Origin: the human T2T-CHM13v2.0 reference genome, Homo sapiens
Direction: 5' to 3' (one strand)
NCBI RefSeq assembly: GCF_009914755.1
Contig: NC_060930.1
Length of the DNA stretch: 64,000 nt
Positions 53,642-64,000 of the stretch are shown in pieces. The notes beneath the pieces were generated by a model, which saw nothing but the letters and a program-made list of their open reading frames with translations, did no database searches and was not told the origin of the DNA. A program made the position numbers and the translations under genes. The stretch's first letter is position 1. Each line of letters opens with the position of its first letter.

Positions 53642-56600
53642 TCAATTTGCATTTCTAAGTGATAACTGAAGTCCAGGTTCAAAGCAGGCATTTGAGGAAT
53701 ACATGAGACTAAAATACATAAATAATTCTAGATTCAATTCTAGTTTCAGAAAATACATACGAATATTAAGAAACTTGCAGTAAAGTTTTAATTTAAAAGA
53801 AATACATTTTATATTTATTTTATTTTCTGTTAAGTAGTGCTTGCCCTTAGCTTATCTCTTTAAACCTACTCTATTTCATTTTTGGATTAAACCTAATTTG
53901 TGTTTTAAAATATGACACTAATTATTCTAGAAATCAGAGCTGAATATAATATTCTATAAAATGTTTACTATGTGTAGTGAATCAACTACTTTCAGTAAGA
54001 CAGAAAAATATTTTTAAAAGAAATGTAGACATTCTTTACTGCTAATACAAATTGAACAGAAAAGAAAGGGTAGGATTTTTTGCCTACCCCAACTAGTAAA
54101 TCATGTGCTACTTTTAATGGCTCCTCTGCTCAAAAAGATAATATTCTTTTCTAGGAGGGAGGGTTTCTTTCCAAAATGATCTTGCTCATCATCTTTTCAG
54201 TTAAGTTGTTTTCATTGTGCCAAATGGAAGTTTTTAAAAATTGTTTATGGGTGTCAAAACTCCTTGAGAGTTCTACTGGGCTCTTTACTCTCCAAGCAAT
54301 AGTACATAGGCAACATTTCCATCAGTAGTAAAAGTTGATCTGCCAAGTTTTAATGCTGTGACTCAAACAAGAGAGGCAGTTTGGTGGGAAAGAAAGCTGC
54401 CTGTTACTTGACGAGGTTTGGTTTATGGACAATATGGCTGAAGGTGTTTGGCATGATACATTCTTTCTTCATCATACTTGTAGCCTTATGTCAGAATGTA
54501 TATCCTCACCTGGAGTCAATCTGCTGAGTTCTTTTTCCCTTTTAACAGCAAAAGGAAAACTATACTTAGGGAATAACAGTAAAGAATAGTAAAGAGAGTT
54601 TTTACACATTGATTTTCTATGAAACTGTGATTAGAGATAATAATGAATGCTAGCTGCTTATTTATATGCAGAAGTAAATTCCTTCTTTCAGTGATATAGA
54701 GGGAAAAAATCAGTCATTCTAAAAAAGGTGTTATCTCATATGAAATCTACTTGCTCAAACTAAGAAATAAAGCACTGACACAGGGCAAGTGAAGGGATTT
54801 CTTTGCAGTCTGAAATGACTGTCTTAACTTGACTATAAATCTCCTTCACACAATGCCTGGGGTCTTGCTTGCAGGGATGTAATGAAGTTACACTGCCTGA
54901 ATGAAAATTTAAAAAGCAAATTAGGGCAGGGGACCTTGCCCGCTATCCATGATTTGTGGCAGTGCTTATCAGTAGCTGGTGTGGGGTGATTCATCGTGAG
55001 AACACCAAATCTCTTTGTCCCAGGCCACCATGTTTCACTCTAGTGTCAATATATCAGGGGAAATGAATGCTAAGCTCTAACAGTCATAGTTAGTGTTGGA
55101 CATGTTTGTAACACACACAAAGAGAAATTTACAGCTGGGAAAAACTAGGATACATCCCCTAGTGACTTGGTTCATGGAGTTCTTGCCTTCAGACTGATTC
55201 AGTAGCAGCAATACTCCTTTAAGGTGACAACCTCAGTGATCTTAAGAATGTGTTCTACATGGCTGTATATATGAAATGAACACTATGAAAGGCAACAGTA
55301 TATAAAATCACTCTCTGGTATCTGTTTAAACTAAAGTTCCTGAAAATTCAAATCTTATCCTTAAAAAAAGTTACGTAGTAAGAACTCATGAACTACAATG
55401 TGAATAATTTGAACTTTGTGATAGCTCAAACCAGGATTGATAACTCTTACTACTATAAATAAAGATAATACAATGTTTTATATGTGTTATATGTTATTTT
55501 ATATTAATATTATTAATAGGTTTTGGAGAATTTGTCTTATATGAGTTTATGGAGATTTAAAAAGAAAAACTAATTGCTAGATACCCAAAGTAGTATAGAA
55601 TAATTTCATTTGACTGTTAATTTAAGATCATTCTTATCAATACTTTAAACTCTTTGCTAGTCCAGTTAAAATTAATTATTTTAAAGCTAATTTTCCATTT
55701 CATGGAAAAGTATCAGAGTTATAAGATTGCAAATTTTATCCGCCACCTCCTATATATCCCAGTTATATATTGTATACCTGTAAGATTTTTGCACACTTAT
55801 GTGTGCTGCATTAGATTCCAATATTTAAAAACTAGAATTAGAAAAATCTTACAATCAGCTAAGAAAAAAAATAGGAGACATATCCAAATAATAAAATCAA
55901 TGTTAATGCCAAACAGAAGCCACGTGGGTAGTAGAAAAAGTGATCCTAAGCACTGAGAAAACAAAGCAAATGCAATCCATGGGACAATTGATCCTATTTT
56001 CAAAAGTGGGAAAGCCTATTTCTTGATGCTGCTCAGAAAGAGCGTGTACATAGCAGACGTAACTTTGTCTTCACTCAAGTCATATACCTATGTAATCTCC
56101 AGATTCCTTTTCAACACAGTGACCAAATTCTCTGAATATTAATATCTGAATAATATCACCATCACTTGTTTGCTTCAAATAGTGGCTAAAAAGAGATCAT
56201 CTTAGAAGACTTCCTTGAACCATTCTTGTGACCCATATATCTTTAAAAGCCTCTGTGGAAATTGCTACTCACAGTTTCTTAGGTTTGCATTTCATTTTCC
56301 AAGTACACATGGAAGTCTATGCAGTAAATTTGGATGCAATTCCAGTTTAAGTATGACCTCCATCAATTGTCATAACCAGGTTCAATTTTGGTTAAAATTT
56401 CTGATATTTATATGAAATATACATTTTACATTCTATTGGGTTGGGGATAGATTATCTAGATATGGTCATACAGGGTCTATTATAGATTTGTGTCTTTGTG
56501 CAGAAAGAACAATTAACATTTAAAAAGATTTTTTTAAATTTGGCATAAGATGTCATTCTATTACTAGCCGCATTTGGTTCATAGGTTTGTTGTTTTTATT

Positions 56601-56993
56601 TTAATGGCAAAAATAAAGCCCCATAACCAAAAAGTTGAGATCAAAGCAATCAATCTCCATCTAACTAAATATTTTTCTGCTTCCCTATTTCTCTTAATTG
56701 TCACTCCCCACTCAGGGACAGAGTCATAATGCTATCCTTGATTCTTTCCTATCCTTTATCTTCAGCCTCACCTTCACACATTATAGTTAAGAATTCCTTA
56801 CGTTATATGTATATCTTTTTCTTTTCTATTTCCACTTATCTATGTATAAAAGCCTCACTTCTGAATTAGTGCAATAATCTTGTATTTGTGCTCATTTACT
56901 TCATCTCTTTACTCTATAGGTGGCTATACAACTACCTGTTTAATCTTCCTAAAATGTCATGCAGCTAACCTACTCAAAATTTCGGATAATAGT

Positions 56994-57369
56994 TGCTATG
57001 GTTTGAATAGTTTTGTCTTCTTTAAAATTAATGTGTTGGAAACTTAATTACCAATGCTACAGTATTGTAAGGTGGGGCCTTTTGGGAGGTGTGTAGACCA
57101 TCAGGGCTTCAGCCTCATGAATAGATTAAATGTCACTATAAGAAGAGCTTGCAGGAGTGCCTTCACTGTCTTTTGCTATCTGCCATGGGAAGAAGCAGAG
57201 TTGCTCTTTTGCTCTTTCACATGTGAGGACACAGTAAAAGGCTGTCATCAGATGCCAAAACCTTGGTCTTCGACTTCTCAGCCTCCAGAACGGTGAGAGA
57301 ATACACTTATGTTCTTTATAACTCACCCAGTCTGTGGTTCCATTATAGCAGCACAAATGGACTAAATCA
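56994..57369 (+). mobile_element. MST (B/C/D-like) solo LTR (MaLR)
   Basis: 'tgctatggtttgaat...ggtggggccttttgggaggtg...gacttctcagcctccagaacggtgaga...atagcagcacaaatggactaaatca'. Confidence 0.88.
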
Positions 57370-57539
57370 GATACCTCACTGAATGAGTATCCAGGCTATA
57401 TCCAAAAATGTTTGTCCCTTAATCATGTCGTAAGCTGCAGTCCACAAGTTTTGATTTGTGCATTTAATGTATACTAAGGAACCAGTGGTCCTTGCACTAT
57501 TTTTAACACTTTATAACCTTTAATTTGATTATTTATTTG

Positions 57540-57705
57540 GCGATTATGGTTAAAAGGGGCTTCAGGATCCTGGCCATGTTCTGTTTTCTTACTAGAGTGG
57601 TGGTTATATGATTTGTTCTCACTTTACCCCGAGCTGTACATAAAGATGCATATTTATCATTGTGGACTTTTCTGTGCTGAGTTATATTTCAATTTAAAAA
57701 GTAGT
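57540..57705 (+). mobile_element. L1ME-like 3' terminus
   Basis: 'ggggcttcaggatcctggccatgttctgttttctt...gtggtggttat...gttatatttcaatttaaaaa'. Confidence 0.7.
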
Positions 57706-58705
57706 TTATTTGAAAAGCAAATTAAATTGTTAGGCAATAGAAATTCACTATCACCTTGGGTTCCAGAGAGGTTAGAACGTAAAGTGATATTCCAGGCAAA
57801 CATCTTGCTACACAAAGTAGGAAACTTCATAAGAATAAAAAGCAGAATTTAAAAGTTTAGAGAAGAAGGGAACATTAAGGTTAATCTACAGAACATGTCA
57901 TTTAATTAACTTCAGAGTACAAAGTACAGGGTTCTATGCTGTAATAACTGTAAAAGTATAAAACTATATGCTATTATGATAAACTTTTATATGTACTTTC
58001 TTACTATAATATTGTTTATAAGTACTTCTTAATTTTCAAATGGAACAGTACTTTATAGTTATCTTTTTGATGTTGATTCTTACCTTAATCTCACTATGAT
58101 CAGATAAAAGACTGATATTATCAAAACCTAAAAGTTTGTTGAGGTTTACTTGCTTTGTAGAACAGCATATAGTTGCACAAGTAGAAGTTGAAACAAATGT
58201 GTGTTGTTGAGTTATTCTGTACAGTATTTTGTACATGTCAATTAAATCCTATAGTTAGGTAATTGTGCTTTTCAAATGTATATACTTCCTGATATTTAAT
58301 TCAATCTGAAACTTTAGAGTTGAATGAATCCATTATAGGAATAGAAAAAAAAATTGTATTAATTTTTTAGTTCTAAAATAAGTTTCATTATTTTATATGA
58401 CTTCCAGGTTTCTGTTAACATTTGCCATTTTGTCATTAAAACACTTCAAATAGTTGCTGTCTTTTTAAAATTAAAGTAGGACTATTCTAATTTCTAATTT
58501 TTTTGAGTGTATTTTTGTCACCTGTTCTTTCTCTTCATTGTTAGTAATTTCTTGCTGTTCTCATTGCAAGTTATTTTGATTGGACTTTTATTAAGTATGA
58601 TAATTTAGTATAAAAAAATAGAGACAATTTGAAGAATTACATAATTTTAAATTTCTCCAGATTTTCTTCCAGCTATCAGTTAGGTCAGCACAAATCAACT
58701 TAAAC

Positions 58706-58918
58706 CAGGGTTTCTACACCTCAAGACTACTTGATATTTTGGACTTGATAATTCTTGATTGTGAAGAGTTGTCCATTGTAGGATACTTAGCAGAATTATT
58801 TGCCACCCATCAGACGCCTGCAGCATTCCCCCAAATTGTGACAATCAAAAATATCTATACATAGCTATATGTTCCCTGCAGCAGGATGAGGTGTTTTCGT
58901 GGTGCTTAAGAATAACTG
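58706..58918. mobile_element. MER20 (hAT-Charlie MITE)
   Basis: 'cagggtttctacacctcaagactacttgatattttggacttgataattctt...cattgtaggatacttagcag...ttgtgacaatcaaaaatatct...aagaataactg'. Confidence 0.85.
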
Positions 58919-58943
58919 CTTTAACATGTCAGGAACTGAATTA

Positions 58944-59291
<348 letters not shown>

Positions 59292-59719
59292 TTAATTTTC
59301 GTGAGAATTATTTTTTTTTCTGGTGTGATCTTACTCATAGGCTTTAGATTTTACTTTTTTCAAATGGAACCAGAAGTATTTATCAGACACTCATTTTTAG
59401 TCCCAAACCCTGAGATGGACAGCTGTACCTCTAAGCCTCTCAACTGCCTCTTTTTGCTCAGATTCTCAGCTTCCCATTCTCTGCTTTTACTTGACAAACA
59501 CCTTACAGGAAAGTGATGCCAAATGTCAGATTTACCTTCCAGAGGTTTTTTTTGGAACATAGTTAACTCCCCAATCCCTTTAAACAGACATTGTAGAGAT
59601 GTTCTTCAGTTATTTTAGTTGTGTTCAGGTAGTGGACTGGTAAAAAGCAAGTGAGCCCGCCATTGTTAGAGTTAAATCTCCCCTTGACCAATTGTTTAAA
59701 ACATGTTGCAGGATTGTAA

Positions 59720-60009
59720 GTCCCTGCCCTTATTGGCTTTGTATGTGTCCGACACCCATCTCTGAATGAGTCACAGTATCCACAAAAATGAAATGCTCAA
59801 GTTGGTTTATCCTGAGTTGTATGCCCATATCTAAAGATGTGTATGGGACCAATCCTACTTCAACTGTATAGATAAAGTATGGATGATGAGGAGCTTCGCA
59901 AAGAAAATCTCAGGGCTACTATCTTAAAGCAACAGTGAGGAGAGCTTCAGTGGGAAAGAAGGAGATAACAGGTGGATGGTAGGAGATGAAAAACAATAGT
60001 TTTCACTAA
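59720..60009 (-). mobile_element. MLT1 (J/K-like) LTR fragment
   Basis: 'cacccatctctgaatgagtcacagtatcc...ttggtttatcctgagttgtatgccca...ggtggatggtagg...aatagttttcacta'. Confidence 0.6.
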
Positions 60010-60485
60010 AGATAAGTAAAAATAGTTATATTTACAAGTAAATCAATATAAATTATATTTATAGTAATATAAGTAAATATAAATTTATAAACATAAATAT
60101 AAACTGATAAATAATTGGTGCTCAATAAATGTTACATTTTCTTTTTAAAACTTTTTAAAATTCGCATAACATTTTCTTAAAAATCTCTAAATATTAAAAT
60201 AAAAATACTATATTATACTTTTGATATATTAACTGAACCCAATGTTTAAGGAATATCACTAAACAGAAAGAAACTAAGATAATTTAGGAAAAAAAAACTA
60301 GTTTAAAGATAGAAGTACTTGCTCACATATGTGGTTGAATCATTTTAACTTATAGTCAGAAAGTATTTTTCACATCTTATGCACTGGTTATGGCTGGAAG
60401 ATTTTTATATGTTTATCTCAGATTTCTGGGGCAGGAAAAGGGAAATAAATTTAATAATCTAACAACTAAGTCCCTTTGAATGCAA

Positions 60486-60788
60486 TTTTTTTTTTTTTTT
60501 GAAACAGTGTATCCTTCTGCAGCCCAGGCGAGAGTGCAGTGGCATGGTCACAGCTCAATGCGCTCGACTTCCTGACTTCATGAGCTCAAGTAATCCTCCT
60601 CTTTCAGCCTCCTGAGTAGCTGAGACCACAGGAACACAGCACCACAACTGGTTAATTTTTAAAAATATTTTTGTAGAGACAGGGTCTTGCTACGTTGCCA
60701 GGCTGGTCACAAACTCCTGGGCTCAAGCAATTCACCCTTTTGGTTTCCCGAAGTTCTAGAAGTACAGGCATGAGACACTGTGCCCAGC
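60486..60788 (-). mobile_element. AluJ-like
   Basis: Diverged full dimer with 'cacagctca', 'gctcaagtaatcctcc', 'agggtcttgctacgttgcc', 'ctcctgggctcaagcaa'. Confidence 0.93.
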
Positions 60789-61328
60789 TCGTATACATAT
60801 TTTTGAGAGCTAGGTAAGTCAATATGAGGTATCTTCAAACCAATCGACTTTTTTCTAAATTATCAATAAATGCATTTATGATTAGTTGTGTTGAATGGTG
60901 ATTAATGATTTTCAGATACACATGCTTTATCCTATCTAATGAACCCTACTATTCTCACTATTTCATATACATGATTCAGACATGCGCACACACACACGTA
61001 TTTTTGTTTTCACTACTTAATATCATGTACAGAGCAATATTTTATTGCTGATAAAAAATTTCACTCTTCTGGCATTCAGGTATGGACAGGCCAATTCCCC
61101 ACCACTTCTATAGACATCTATGCTAATGAAACCAAAGTCAACTTCTACCTAGAATAGTCCAATCATCTTATTTCATTCATGGGAACAGACTTCCTGCCAA
61201 GTGCTATCTCTCATCTATATACCTTTGTCCCAAAACTTTACCAATAAATCATATATCTGTGGAACAAATTGATCACAACTTATTTCACAGAATGTAATTA
61301 AAACTGCATTTTGTAATTCTAAATTTTG

Positions 61329-61378
61329 GTGTGTGTGTGTGTGTGTGTGTACTTGTGTGTGTATGTACATGTATGTGT
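61329..61378. repeat. (TG)n microsatellite with a degenerate tail
   Basis: Direct reading. Confidence 0.95.
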
Positions 61379-62632
61379 GGGCCAAGGGGAGAGAGGAAAT
61401 GAGGAAATTGGGATGGTAATATTGTTTTGTGTAAAAAAGGGCAAAAGGGTAGCATTATTATAATGACCTTTAGTACACAGCACTGTTAAAGTTGACATAT
61501 ATAACATATTTGTTTCTTTAAGTAGGCAATAAATGAATCAGTACTGACTTGAACAATTATTGAATGTAATTTGGTAAGAAATTCACCAGGGATAAAAAGA
61601 CCCCAAAAGAATTCTCTGAACCTAGAGTAGGCAAAGTAGAAGGATTGAGCTGCCATTGCAGATTAAAAGGTTTTTTTGTGATTCCATTAGCAATATAATT
61701 GGAGCAGAGGGAAATGTGTAGAAGTATAAGTATGGATGGTTAACTTTTAGCTTTAGCCGACTTCAGGAAAAAAAAAAAAAGAAAAGCCGTTATTGCTTGG
61801 TCGTAAATTAAAAGATATCATTGCTGTTGAAAAATACAAGTACTTTCTATCGCACAAAGAAATTTCATAGAAAACATGCATATATTTTCAGTGTATTTTC
61901 TATCACTGTTATAGTCAAAAAAGTGCCACAGTTCTTCAAGAAGAGATCAGTTTTGTGATGAGATAGTTCAACTCTGTTCTAAAGGATTTTTTTTTTGTCT
62001 AATGCAAATGGAAAGAGAAGACCAAAAAAAAGTGCACTTAAAAATACTTACACTAGCCCATTTCTTATTTTCTGAAAGGGAAAAATAAAGCTTGCAAATA
62101 TACACCTAAGCAAAAAGGAAAGGAGGACAACTTTGATTCCTGACATGATGGCAATTACTCTTTCTTCTAGCTACTTCTGTCAAAACTTAGCCTAGAGAAA
62201 TAAGAGATGGAAGAATGGTATCCAGTGTATCAACAACATCAAAAGGAATGAGACCCAGTGAGATAGAAGGTGTTTTATTTTTTTTGAAAGTATGCGTGTG
62301 TTGTGGATGTGTGTAGCCTGGATGGAGTCCTAATTAGGCTAGCCATAGTGGAGAGAGTGACAAATAAGAAAAATTGTTTGGAGTTTGTTATTTCTGCCCA
62401 TATTGTACCCTTCCTACCACCACTACCACCTTAGAATAGTCATTAGCTGCTCTCTTCCACTGAGGTCAGTAGTTGACATCAGTACGCCACAAGAAACCTC
62501 TTGCATGAGGTCAAGAAAAATATAAGCGAGAAATCATTGTTTTTCTATATTTTATAAATTTTTATATTGATTTTTCTGATGGATATTCTAAGAATATTGT
62601 CTTCTCCTAAAACATTGCTTGTTCAGGATTTC

Positions 62633-62909
<277 letters not shown>

Positions 62910-63179
62910 AGGATTTTTAAGTTGAAGTTCTAAATCTGATTTTGTGGAAATGATAGCAAATACATGTAATTAACTACGGTTTGCTGGGATCTGCGGTTCT
63001 CTCCCCTAGGGCTTATCCTGTACAGCCTCCTTGGACTCACTTGAAATGCCACAGGCCAGGTGCTAGCCTTCTATCCTTCTAATGCATATTATGAAACAGA
63101 GTAGCTGATGAGCCCAGGAATATCAGAGATCATCAACTAGAAAAAAAAAAATTCCACAGAACTATTACCTTCAGAGAAA

Positions 63180-64000
63180 AAAAGGCTGGGAAATATATAC
63201 TCTCTGAAGCAGAAATATTTGAATAGTCAGGCCAAAAATCTAAAGAAGAAAAATGAGTTATATTAGCAAATTAAAAAAGAATGAGAAACTCTTAAGAGTT
63301 CAGATGGAAATATTTTTTGTAAAAATATAATAAGACAAGATAAAAGGAGTAGCAGTTGAAATTTAGCTGACAATCAAGTTTGTGTTTGGATGACTATATT
63401 AAAAAAACTCTTCTAGAACAAAATAAGATAATATAAAACAATACAAAATATACAATTCAAGATATATGGAGATTAAATAGAAGTTCGACATTCAAGTAAC
63501 ATAATTTTGGAGAAAAACATAGTGAAAAAATTGTTCAAAGAATAAAAATAATTTTCAAGAATTAAAAAGAAACAATCATCTAAATTGTGTACAAAGGAGC
63601 AAAGTGCCAATAAGAGCAACTTATTTAAAAAATAATAACAGAGTACTTTATAAGTTATTATAAAACATTATTATTAAGGTGCAGTGGTATTATTGGTGAA
63701 GAGATAGACTAATTTGATCAATGGAACACAATATGAGCCTTAGTACCGACTCACATTTTTATGAAGATTAAAAGCAAGTAAAAATTAATTACAGATTGTC
63801 AAGACAGTAACTAAATAGATTAAAAAAAGAGGAAATGGTAATTTAAAAATAGTAGTTCTGAAGGACAGGTTTGGGGATGAGATGGAGAGACTTGTATAAA
63901 CAGATATTAGTAATAGTGTATAAACTAGATTTGAGTCTGAGGCTGGATGGTATGTTCATGGTGATATTAGGTATGTAAATGAAATAATATAAAATACATA
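63180..64000 (+). mobile_element. Decayed L1M fragments (ORF1, ORF2 and 3' UTR pieces)
   Basis: 'aataattttcaagaattaaaaaga', 'cagtggtattattggtgaagagatagactaatttgatcaatggaacacaat' (ORF2 YW..DR..DQWN). Confidence 0.6.

Overview
Very AT-rich, CpG-poor primate (human-like) genomic DNA. It is gene desert or deep intron: I see no CpG island, no credible host protein-coding exon and no recognisable RNA gene, and the ORF track is chance ORFs plus translated repeat debris. The window is a layered record of transposon insertions: a near full-length Tigger2; a full-length Hsmar1 mariner nested in a decayed LTR16/HERV16 (ERV3-16A3-like) provirus; an MLT2 LTR plus ERV-L gag-pol relic; several LTR16 and MaLR solo LTRs; eight Alu-family copies; two short L1PA 3' stubs; old L1M blocks; and MIR, L2 and MER fragments. 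The best non-obvious signal is a set of local copy-paste events. A 205-bp segment is duplicated 1060 bp downstream (~94% identity), a ~140-bp segment is copied from 3.1 kb away into the ERV-L pol gene, and there are smaller tandem duplications. I found no evidence for a genuinely new biological system. Subfamily calls are from remembered consensus sequences and need Dfam/RepeatMasker confirmation, and boundaries of old repeats are approximate.
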